A DNA stretch of 24,000 nt from an archaeon (lineage in GTDB: Archaea; Nanobdellota; Nanobdellia; SCGC-AAA011-G17; GW2011-AR20), in the NCBI GenBank assembly GCA_002687185.1, contig NYZO01000106.1, positions 10,013 to 34,012 on the forward strand, in the 5' to 3' direction. Shown here piece after piece: positions 10,685 to 17,829 of this stretch. Each line of letters opens with the position of its first letter. Positions within the stretch are counted from its first letter, which is position 1. Below the pieces are notes generated by a model. It was not told the DNA's origin. It made no database searches and saw only the letters and a program-made list of their open reading frames with translations. The translations under genes were made by a program, and so were the position numbers.

Positions 10685-11044
10685 TTAGGTTATGATAAGG
10701 TACTTTTTTTGACGAATCGTCAGGCTTTTTAATTGTTTGCTTTTTAACGATTTTTTTAAAGTTTGGTCGTGTGTGGCTACAATGCTATTAATCGGTAATT
10801 TTAGGAAACACTCGTCAAGCGTTATATTGTCTTTTGGGGTATGTTTGATAATCACTTTTTTCTTAGTTAACCATATACGTGCTACTACCTCGTTAGGTTT
10901 ATTATTGAGCTCTTTTTGGATCAGGTCAAACGTTACTAATCTATACTTGAAATCACAAATTCTGTCTAGTTCTTCTTCCAATGGGAGCTTGAATTTTATA
11001 CAGTCTAACACAAAAGACGTATCCAAGTAAATATCTTGAGTCAT
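10685..11044 (-). CDS. PIN-domain protein (Fcf1/Utp24-like, COG1412-type)
   Basis: N-terminal acidic PIN signature (IYLDTSFVLD) and later VATHDQTLKK. It occupies the conserved position immediately upstream of rpoE', 1 nt from the rpoE' ATG. Confidence 0.72.
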   Translation of the reverse strand: MTQDIYLDTSFVLDCIKFKLPLEEELDRICDFKYRLVTFDLIQKELNNKPNEVVARIWLTKKKVIIKHTPKDNITLDECFLKLPINSIVATHDQTLKKSLKSKQLKSLTIRQKKYLIIT

Positions 11045-11081
11045 GTGGATAGTACGAGAAAAATGTTAATAAAACTTTGGA

Positions 11082-11435
11082 TTAGGCGGTATTTTGTTCT
11101 AAAAATTCATAGATTGGTGAAAAATTAAAACTATGTTTACTTCTTTTTAGGGAACATGTTTCCTTCCATGAACGAAACTCCTTCATTAATCCTTCTAATG
11201 ATTGTTGTACTTGGATTAAAGTATCGTTTGTATTGTAATAGCCTTCAAAATATAATGGCGCTCTTGGCAGGGAATTTTCGGAAAGAGAGAGAAAAGCGAT
11301 TGCTTTTAGTGATATAGCACCATTTTTAGTTTTTTGTCCTTTGTGGTAAAAAATAGCTATATGGTCATATCCTGATTCCATTCTCTCCTGTATATATCTT
11401 GGATCTAAGGCCTGGGCAGTTGTTAATTGTGTCAT
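11082..11435 (-). CDS. Hypothetical protein (117 aa)
   Basis: Intact ATG-initiated ORF with no competing ORF. No motif recognised. Confidence 0.45.
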   Translation of the reverse strand: MTQLTTAQALDPRYIQERMESGYDHIAIFYHKGQKTKNGAISLKAIAFLSLSENSLPRAPLYFEGYYNTNDTLIQVQQSLEGLMKEFRSWKETCSLKRSKHSFNFSPIYEFLEQNTA

Positions 11436-11541
11436 TTTTAATCCTAAAAATATATTTTTTTGATAATATTTTCTCTTAATTTATCCTTTTTAAACTTTTT
11501 TCTTTTAATATAGCGAACTGACTTTGTATGAATAAAACCGG

Positions 11542-11586
11542 GGAAGAATCACCGAAGTAACTCTTCCCAGGGAAAAAAGAGGTGAT
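11542..11586. other. Candidate structured RNA element (interleaved helices, H-type pseudoknot topology)
   Basis: GGGAAGA (11542-48) pairs with TCTTCCC (11562-68). ATCACC (11549-54) pairs with GGTGAT (11581-86). The arms are interleaved and separated by an A-rich linker. A TATATAAA/TTTATATA element sits at 11608-11615. On the minus strand the element is followed by CGGTTTTATT. Confidence 0.25.
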
Positions 11587-11692
11587 AAAATTCAGAAGCA
11601 TAGCTACTATATAAAGGTTACCGTCCTTGTCACTAGACAATAGTCATAAACTACGAGAAAGGCTTAAATAATAATACGTGCCACAAACAGTT

Positions 11693-12427
11693 ATGAAAAA
11701 GGCCCATGACCATGTATATGACCTCATAACAGATGATAATGAGATTACTTGGCAAACGATATTACTCGATTTAGTCAAAAGTGAGCAAATGGATCCGTGG
11801 GATGTTAATCTGACTCTTCTAGCTCAAAAGTATCTGCAACGTGTAAAAGCAATGGAGGAGCTTAATTTCTTTGTATCAGGAAAAGTTGTTTTAGCATCCG
11901 CTCTACTCCTGAAAATGAAGTCTAATAAACTTTTGTTAGAACAGTTTCCTGCGTTTGATCAATTATTCGCGCAAGATGAAGAGATGCCTGAACATGAAGA
12001 GTTAATTGATGATGTGCCATTGCCACAAGCGTACGCACAAAAAGACATGAGGCTAACGATTAAAACACCTCAGACAAGAAAAAGAAAAGTTTCTGTAAAT
12101 GATCTTGTAGAAGCACTAAAACAAGCACTAGAAGTTGAGCAAAGACGAACGAATAGACTGATCCAACAAAAATCAATACCTGATAATCTAGTTGTGCCTG
12201 TAAAGAAAATGGATATAAACCTTTTAATCAAAGATTTGTATGGAAGGCTTAGAAATTTTCTTGGGAGCCAAAAACAAGTTACATTTACTAATTTAGTTAA
12301 TAGTGAAAAAAAAGAAGATAAAATAACGACGTTTATCCCATTGTTACATTTATCTAATCAAGATAAAGTACATTTAGAGCAGCCTAAACATTTTGAAGAG
12401 ATTTATGTGCAACTCAAAAAACGTTAA
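11693..12427 (+). CDS. scpA: Segregation and condensation protein A (ScpA kleisin)
   Basis: N-terminal ScpA signature (ILLDLVKSEQMDPWDVNLTLLAQKYL...FFVSGKVVLASALLLKMKS) and a C-terminal winged-helix-like region. The track start is GTG 11678. I prefer ATG 11693, which has an A/T-rich element ~20 nt upstream. Confidence 0.8.
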   Translation: MKKAHDHVYDLITDDNEITWQTILLDLVKSEQMDPWDVNLTLLAQKYLQRVKAMEELNFFVSGKVVLASALLLKMKSNKLLLEQFPAFDQLFAQDEEMPEHEELIDDVPLPQAYAQKDMRLTIKTPQTRKRKVSVNDLVEALKQALEVEQRRTNRLIQQKSIPDNLVVPVKKMDINLLIKDLYGRLRNFLGSQKQVTFTNLVNSEKKEDKITTFIPLLHLSNQDKVHLEQPKHFEEIYVQLKKR

Positions 12428-13710
12428 GTCGTAAATTTCGTCGTCAACTGTTTTAGTGTGCAATGCTCTTGACGACCGGTTTCCATATTTCTTAAGGTGA
12501 ATTTTTTGGATGCTATCTCTTTTGGACCTATCATTAACGCAAACGGAATACCTTTACTGTTGACGTAATCTAAATTTTTACTCGGACCACGACTCAATAA
12601 ATCAATGTCAGTGTTAATGCCTTTGTCACGTAATTGTTTGGCTAGTTTGAACGCTTCTTGTTTGACTTCGCCTATCGGGATAATAAAAATTTTCGTGCTT
12701 GTTTGCTCGGCCGTATCCTTCATAGCGGTTGCAATCGTTTCGAGTCCAAAACTAATACCAACGGTTGGGTACGGAGTTTTTGAGTCTAGGAATTTACCTA
12801 TCATTTTATCATAACGGCCACCTGCGCAAACTGAGGAAGTCACTTTATTGTTCTTTAAAAACCATTCAAACATAGTTCCTGTATAATAACCTAAACCGCG
12901 AGCTAACGTTAAGTTAATTGATACGTACTTGTCTAAGTCAAGTGCGCTAAGTAGACTGATTAACTCGTCTAATTCTGACGCGCCACTACGACTATCATCA
13001 TCTTTTAGTGTTTCTAATAAGTAGCTCACTGTTTTTTTATTCGTTGACTGTTCTTGTATGTTTTTGAAAACTTTAGTGATGACTTGTTTGTCTAAGCCGA
13101 TTGATTCTAGTTCTTTTTTGACTTTTGCTTGGCCTTGTTTTTTTAGTTTGTCAATGGTTAGAATTGTTGGCAGCATATCTTTTTCAAGCACTCCAGCTTG
13201 GCTTAGCAGGCCGATTAATACTTTACGGTTATTGATTTCTATTCGCACTGGAAGTCCTAATTGATTGAATGCATCAATTGTTAGTGCTAAACATTCTGCT
13301 TCTGCTTGCATATTACTTACACCAACAATGTCTGCGTCACATTGTGAGAATTCTCGCACTCTACCTAGTTTGATTGGTCCGTCACGAAACACTTTTCCTA
13401 TCTCGTACCTTTTGTATGGGAACTTCATGTTCGGGTTCATACCGATAAAGCGACAGAACGGGACTGTTAGATCATACCTTAAAGCTAAGTCACGTTTGCC
13501 TTGATCTTTTAATCTGTACGTCTCTTTTAGGATTTCGCTTCCGCCCGCGTCTTTAGACGATAAAATATTATAGTACGCAAGAGTAGGTGTCTCAAGCGGT
13601 TCAAATCCGAACTTTTCAAACGTTTTTTTCAATACGGTTACAATCCGGTTTTTTGTGAGCATCTCACGACCAGAATAATCGTTTGTTCCTTTTAGGTTTT
13701 GAAGTTTCAT
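12424..13710 (-). CDS. hisS: Histidyl-tRNA synthetase (archaeal/eukaryal type)
   Basis: LRYDLTVPFCRF, motif 2 FRDGPIKLGRVREFSQCDADIVG, motif 3 AGGRYD, and a C-terminal anticodon-binding domain. The start overlaps the upstream gene's stop as ATGA. Confidence 0.92.
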   Translation of the reverse strand: MKLQNLKGTNDYSGREMLTKNRIVTVLKKTFEKFGFEPLETPTLAYYNILSSKDAGGSEILKETYRLKDQGKRDLALRYDLTVPFCRFIGMNPNMKFPYKRYEIGKVFRDGPIKLGRVREFSQCDADIVGVSNMQAEAECLALTIDAFNQLGLPVRIEINNRKVLIGLLSQAGVLEKDMLPTILTIDKLKKQGQAKVKKELESIGLDKQVITKVFKNIQEQSTNKKTVSYLLETLKDDDSRSGASELDELISLLSALDLDKYVSINLTLARGLGYYTGTMFEWFLKNNKVTSSVCAGGRYDKMIGKFLDSKTPYPTVGISFGLETIATAMKDTAEQTSTKIFIIPIGEVKQEAFKLAKQLRDKGINTDIDLLSRGPSKNLDYVNSKGIPFALMIGPKEIASKKFTLRNMETGRQEHCTLKQLTTKFTT

Positions 13711-14762
13711 TGTGTTATCACCCCCGTACTGTTCTTTGCTCTTAAGCTTTGTGTTTTTTGGTTGGAGACGTCACGAATAAGATCTCCCCATGCAATATTA
13801 CTGTTCACCATCATCATTTGCATGACCCAAATCACCTGCTGTGCTTCTTCTATTATGTTCGTTCTGTCATTATTGGTGTACGCCTGGATAAGCTCAGCGC
13901 CTTCCTCGCCAAACTTTTTGACTAAACTATTATTGTCTCCTAACAAATTTGACGTCAGGGAGTTATCTATCGGTTGCTTTTTTCTTTGAGCAATTTGGTT
14001 GTATTGCATCTCCAGTGGATCATCCGTCGGTTGTTTGTCACTGACATCGTCGTCTTTTTGCCATGATGTGATAATACTTATATCACTTTGTCTAATCTCA
14101 TTGAGCACTTCCAGTTGCGGATCTCTTGGAAACTTTCTTTGGGTGTCATCATATTTTAAGGTGTTCCCACTCACTACAATTTCAATCCCACAATCTGCTC
14201 GTTCAGGTATTTCGTTCTCTAGCTTGCCGTTTAGAACCCGGATCTTAGCATAAGATAATCCGTATGTTTCAGCTAGTACATCGAGAAAGTCTCTTGCAGT
14301 ATATTCATATTTAGCATTAACAACTACGGTCAATGGTTTTTGAGCTAGCGCATCGTAGTTGGTCCCTTTTGCAGCAATAAAGCAGAGCGTTGGTCGTGAG
14401 TAGGTTGACGATCTATCCTTTATGATCCAATCAATAGTATCGACTAGGCGTAGTTTAGTATTGGATGTTCGTATTCTATATTCATCGAATAAATCATCTC
14501 CAGTGATTCCAAAGACAGGAACGCCACGTTCAGTAAATTCGTCACATAGCCCAGGAATATCTTCACCACGATATTTCAAAACTTCTATGTTATTATTCGT
14601 GCATACGTATCGATCAGAATCTTTTTGTTCTACCCCAAGGATCGTTAAAGGGTTAGGGTTCATTTGTGTAAACCCACTATTTCCGGGGACGAGTAATTTT
14701 TCTATCGATTCCAAATCTGCTCTTTTGACTAGGCGATAAAGTTTTTGTTGTATTAATCTCAT
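13707..14762 (-). CDS. hisGE: Fusion of short-form ATP phosphoribosyltransferase (HisG, ~aa 1-233) and phosphoribosyl-ATP pyrophosphohydrolase (HisE, ~aa 249-335)
   Basis: HisG-like motifs: YRGEDIPGLCDEFTERGVPVFGITGDDLFDEY, VVNAKYEYTARDFL and LNGKLENEIPERADCGIEIVVSGNTL (PRPP loop). After an acidic linker, the HisE-like region is LEMQYNQIAQRKKQPIDNSLTSNLLGDNNSLVKKFGEEGAELIQAY...IIEEAQQVIWVMQMMMV. Confidence 0.72.
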   Translation of the reverse strand: MRLIQQKLYRLVKRADLESIEKLLVPGNSGFTQMNPNPLTILGVEQKDSDRYVCTNNNIEVLKYRGEDIPGLCDEFTERGVPVFGITGDDLFDEYRIRTSNTKLRLVDTIDWIIKDRSSTYSRPTLCFIAAKGTNYDALAQKPLTVVVNAKYEYTARDFLDVLAETYGLSYAKIRVLNGKLENEIPERADCGIEIVVSGNTLKYDDTQRKFPRDPQLEVLNEIRQSDISIITSWQKDDDVSDKQPTDDPLEMQYNQIAQRKKQPIDNSLTSNLLGDNNSLVKKFGEEGAELIQAYTNNDRTNIIEEAQQVIWVMQMMMVNSNIAWGDLIRDVSNQKTQSLRAKNSTGVITQ

Positions 14763-14810
14763 TTTTCTGACCGCCCTTTAACTATTGAAATCAAAGTTAA
14801 ATAGTAACTG

Positions 14811-14861
14811 TCAATGAATACGACCAGTGCTTTGCACCTTAGCCTCAAGTTTTTGTTTCAT
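14811..14861 (-). CDS. Candidate 16-aa mini-ORF MKQKLEAKVQSTGRIH between tRNA-His and hisGE
   Basis: GGAGG lies 8 nt upstream of the ATG (GTGGAGGAATAAAAAATG). A paralogous copy sits at 15036-15101. Below the ORF-track size cutoff. Confidence 0.3.
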   Translation of the reverse strand: MKQKLEAKVQSTGRIH

Positions 14862-14905
14862 TTTTTATTCCTCCACGTTTTAAGCCCGCATGGCTTTTTT
14901 AATAG

Positions 14906-14977
14906 GGCAGAAGCCGGGGATTGAACCCGGTCCGCAAGCTCCACAGGCTTGCATGCTACCATTACACCACAACTACC
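14906..14977 (-). tRNA. tRNA-His (anticodon GUG), copy 1, with encoded G-1
   Basis: Hand-folded cloverleaf: G-1 | GTAGTTG | TG | GTGT-AATGGTA-GCAT | G | CAAGC-CTGTGGA-GCTTG | CGGA | CCGGG-TTCAATC-CCCGG | CTTCTGC | C73. All arms pair except U5-U68 and U6-U67. No CCA is encoded. Confidence 0.78.
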
Positions 14978-15035
14978 ATAAAATAGAAAACTAACTATAG
15001 AATTAATTGAATTTTTAAGAATTAAAGAGCAATAA

Positions 15036-15101
15036 CTAGAACGAACAGTGAATACAACCAGCGCTCAATTGCGCCTTAGCCTTGTTAATTATGTATTGCA
15101 T
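15036..15101 (-). CDS. Candidate 21-aa mini-ORF MQYIINKAKAQLSAGCIHCSF (paralog of 14811-14861)
   Basis: Shares the core [E/K]AK[V/A]Q(L)S[T/A]G[R/C]IH with the other mini-ORF. No obvious SD sequence. It may instead be a non-coding repeat copy. Confidence 0.22.
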   Translation of the reverse strand: MQYIINKAKAQLSAGCIHCSF

Positions 15102-15165
15102 AAACTATAGATGAAATAATTAGTTTATAATAATTGCGGTGCCTATTTGAAAAATATATTTTGGC

Positions 15166-15795
15166 TTATTGACAAACCGTATTAAGGAAATCGTTTACTA
15201 AAGTTTCAATTGCAGCCAAATCTTTGTCTTGAGAGGATGCGGAATGTGTAATTTGATTCTCTCCAAATCCTTGCCAAACCGAGATCCCTTGAGTCTCATA
15301 AGACATATATTCAATATCTTTGATGGTTTTTACGTTGAAATCAATTCCACCTTCAGTCAATTGTTTTACAATATCTGCTTTACTTGCATCCACATCTTCC
15401 TGGCTTGTAAGTCGATAAAACAAAACACTTACCTCTCCGTCGTCATCACTGTAACCTACCCCATGACCATAGATGGGTACGACAGATTTTTCTGAGATAG
15501 AAACACTCGTAACTGGCACGTATGAGCTTTGCGATAGTGTCCCTAAATTTTTTGGAATTTGAGCTTCTGTTACAACATCAAAACAATTATCTTTTGTTAA
15601 AGTATCAAGTCTGTCTGTAGCAGTTTCACCATCTGATAAGTCGTCAACACCTTTATCTATTATATTATTGGCTTTATCAAATACTTCTTGAGCTTGTTCT
15701 TGTGTTGCTTCATTTTGTGCTGACTGTCCACATCCACCTAATACTAATAAGCTCACAACAAAAACTGATAATAATAAAATCTCTTTTCTTGCCAT
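15166..15795 (-). CDS. Putative secreted lipoprotein (209 aa), function unknown
   Basis: N-terminal signal peptide with a lipobox-like LVLGGC (MARKEILLLSVFVVSLLVLGGCGQ). The mature part is acidic. Confidence 0.65.
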   Translation of the reverse strand: MARKEILLLSVFVVSLLVLGGCGQSAQNEATQEQAQEVFDKANNIIDKGVDDLSDGETATDRLDTLTKDNCFDVVTEAQIPKNLGTLSQSSYVPVTSVSISEKSVVPIYGHGVGYSDDDGEVSVLFYRLTSQEDVDASKADIVKQLTEGGIDFNVKTIKDIEYMSYETQGISVWQGFGENQITHSASSQDKDLAAIETLVNDFLNTVCQ

Positions 15796-15860
15796 TAAAA
15801 TTTATCTTTTTAATTGTTATATATAAATGTTAGTAACTACAGGCTAAAAGTAAATCCACT

Positions 15861-16091
15861 TTAGTCTTCAACAACAATCACATTAACTGGACACACTTCT
15901 GCGGCTTCTTTATTTTCTTTTATTTCTTGTGGATCTGTTAATTCCAACTCGTCTTTGTCTGTTTGGTCATTGTGTTTACATCCAATTAGGTCCGCTTTTC
16001 CGTCAGGGTTCATCTTCCAATGCATCGGTGCTGCCGCAATACAAGTGCCTGCACCAATACAATTTTTCCGATCATAAATTACCTTGGCCAT
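15861..16091 (-). CDS. Small single-cluster ferredoxin (CxxAxxC...CP type)
   Basis: CIGAGTC near the N-terminus and EVCPVNVI near the C-terminus, the same layout as Pyrococcus-type monocluster ferredoxins. Confidence 0.75.
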   Translation of the reverse strand: MAKVIYDRKNCIGAGTCIAAAPMHWKMNPDGKADLIGCKHNDQTDKDELELTDPQEIKENKEAAEVCPVNVIVVED

Positions 16092-16093
16092 GA

Positions 16094-16801
16094 TTAATAG
16101 AAACGTTCTGTCTTTATATCTTCTTTGGCGACATCTAACTCTTCTAACATTCTTGTGAAACTATCCGTTAACTCTTTTCCGCCGCATAAATAAAAAACTT
16201 TGTTTGATACGTCACCTATGAATAACTCGATCTTTGGTATGTCTATTCTTCCCATCCCACCAGTCCAGTTGCCTTTTTCTTCTAGTCGTGTACAAGTAAT
16301 GTAAGGCCTAAAAATTGGGTTTGGTTCTAATTCGTTTATCTCTTTTGAAAAAATTATTTGGTCAGGAGTGCGGACGCTATACAGTAAATAAATATTGTTT
16401 GGTAAGTTTTTGTTTAGAATGTAACGCCACATTGAACGAAATGGAGTGATGCCACTACCGCCGCATAAAAAAACTACGTCACGCTTTTCTGAGTCATCGA
16501 ATACGAAATGGCCTAGTGGCCCTTTAATTGGGATGATTGCTCCTGGTTTTAGGTTACAGAGCAACGGTGACATCTTGCCGTTTGGGATTGCTTTAATAGT
16601 GAATGTTAAATCTTGATCAGTAGGAGAGGCAGACGTGGAATACGATCGATTATAAAATTGGCCATCACATTCCATTCTAAAAGAGAAAAATTGTCCTGGT
16701 TTAAACTCTAATTCTTTTGGTTTTTCAAAGATTAAGGTTTTCGTGTCTGAAGTTTCTGTTATTACTTCTTTTAACTTTAAGTTCATGTCGAGTAGAGTCA
16801 T
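16094..16801 (-). CDS. Ferredoxin-NAD(P)+ reductase-family flavoprotein (FAD/NAD(P)-binding)
   Basis: RSYS FAD-binding motif, GGSGITP NAD(P)-binding motif, and a terminal aromatic residue (..ERFY). A 2-nt gap separates it from the ferredoxin gene. Confidence 0.8.
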   Translation of the reverse strand: MTLLDMNLKLKEVITETSDTKTLIFEKPKELEFKPGQFFSFRMECDGQFYNRSYSTSASPTDQDLTFTIKAIPNGKMSPLLCNLKPGAIIPIKGPLGHFVFDDSEKRDVVFLCGGSGITPFRSMWRYILNKNLPNNIYLLYSVRTPDQIIFSKEINELEPNPIFRPYITCTRLEEKGNWTGGMGRIDIPKIELFIGDVSNKVFYLCGGKELTDSFTRMLEELDVAKEDIKTERFY

Positions 16802-16802
16802 T

Positions 16803-17054
16803 TTAATCTTTTATTTCGTATAGATAATGTTTAATCTTCTCGTGCTTGTTACCTTTGGAAATAATGACAGCTGTATAATCATCCCTTCTAAAATAAGCGG
16901 CTCCGTCTGAGTCGGAGTTATATACCTGACCTAAGCCGGCATCTTTGTATCCCATGTCGTATACAACTTGTACCATCTGGAGTAAATTCGCTTTAGGATC
17001 AGTAGACACTAAGTTCTCTTCTAATAACTGACTTTTACTAATAGCCATAATCAT
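16803..17054 (-). CDS. Hypothetical protein (83 aa), first gene of the FNR-like/ferredoxin operon
   Basis: Intact ORF with a 1-nt gap to the FNR-like gene. No motif recognised. Confidence 0.45.
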   Translation of the reverse strand: MIMAISKSQLLEENLVSTDPKANLLQMVQVVYDMGYKDAGLGQVYNSDSDGAAYFRRDDYTAVIISKGNKHEKIKHYLYEIKD

Positions 17055-17098
17055 AAAAGGCTCACTTTAGGATTTTAAAAAGATTTGGAGTTTCTATC

Positions 17099-17734
17099 CT
17101 AAATATTTGAGACCTTAAACGCACTCGGACAAACTTTATTTATGAAACAGTTCTCACAATCCGGTTTTCTTGCTGTACATGTAGCTCTACCATGAGCTAT
17201 TAATAAATTAGTGAACGTTGTCCAATCCCTTTTGGGTAGTTCTTTCATTAATTCACGCTCAATAATGATTGCGTTCTTTGATTTAACCCATTTGAACCGG
17301 TTTGTTAATCGTATACAGTGTGTGTCAATTGCAATACCTTCAGTTATTCCAAACCCATGACTAAGCACTATATTAGCGGTTTTTCTAGCAACGCCGGGTA
17401 ATGTTAATAATTCGTCCATTGTCCTTGGCACTTTACTATTAAAATCATTTTCAATCTTTTTTGCGGTTGCAATAATATTCTTTGCTTTGTTACGGTAAAA
17501 ACCAGTAGATTTAACCAATATCTCTAAACGTTCTTGGGATACGTTTCCCAAGTCTTTTGGTGTTTGTAACTCTTTAAATAATTCTTTCGTTACGATATTA
17601 ACACGTTTGTCTGTACATTGCGCTGAAAGTATTGTAGCTACTAATAATTGGAATGGTGTGTCGTATCGTAGCGCTGTTTTTGGGACGCCGTAGTGTTGTT
17701 TTAGTAAGGTGAGGATTTCTGTTAGATATTCCAT
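17099..17734 (-). CDS. nth: Endonuclease III (Nth), HhH-GPD glycosylase with 4Fe-4S cluster
   Basis: HhH motif LPGVARKTANIVL, a catalytic-region Asp, and a C-terminal Cx6Cx2Cx5C motif (CTARKPDCENCFINKVC). Confidence 0.92.
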   Translation of the reverse strand: MEYLTEILTLLKQHYGVPKTALRYDTPFQLLVATILSAQCTDKRVNIVTKELFKELQTPKDLGNVSQERLEILVKSTGFYRNKAKNIIATAKKIENDFNSKVPRTMDELLTLPGVARKTANIVLSHGFGITEGIAIDTHCIRLTNRFKWVKSKNAIIIERELMKELPKRDWTTFTNLLIAHGRATCTARKPDCENCFINKVCPSAFKVSNI

Positions 17735-17754
17735 CGTGTTATGAACTAATCCGT

Positions 17755-17805
17755 AATATATATGATTTCTGGAATCTGATAACAGATTAACGATGTCTTT
17801 TTAAA
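17755..17805. promoter_or_regulatory. Divergent promoter region (two TATA-like boxes)
   Basis: AATATATAT (17755-17763) lies ~21 nt upstream of the nth ATG on the minus strand. TTTTTAAA (17798-17805) lies ~25 nt upstream of the ATG at 17830. The spacing suggests leaderless or short-leader mRNAs. Confidence 0.35.
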
Positions 17806-17829
17806 CCAACAGAGGGAAGTTTTCTTTAT

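Noticed and set aside
11542-11586. preQ1-I-like riboswitch (hairpin, A-rich tail, 3' segment pairing to the loop)
   Set aside because: The topology is similar, but the stem and loop lengths and conserved nucleotides do not match what I recall of preQ1-I. The element also lies upstream of the plausible scpA promoter rather than in a 5' UTR on the plus strand. Retained only as a generic structured element.
12605-14739. Plus-strand ORFs within hisS and hisGE (12605-12814, 13058-13264, 13265-13504, 13699-13989, 13999-14253, 14422-14739)
   Set aside because: Antisense shadows of two genes with clear family motifs.
14763-14861. Bacterial-style histidine attenuation leader upstream of hisGE
   Set aside because: The mini-ORF has only one His codon, the last before the stop, rather than a His run. 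The downstream inverted repeats (CTATT/AATAG, TTAACT/AGTTAA) are short and A/T-rich. Transcription attenuation of this kind is not established in archaea. The mini-ORF is kept only as an unexplained candidate.
14906-14977. Idea that tRNA-His copy 1 is a split, permuted or pseudo tRNA because of the two acceptor mismatches
   Set aside because: The D, anticodon and T arms are contiguous and well paired. I found no alternative GCAGAAG-type 5' half nearby. The independent second copy has the same mismatches, which argues for a genuine feature.
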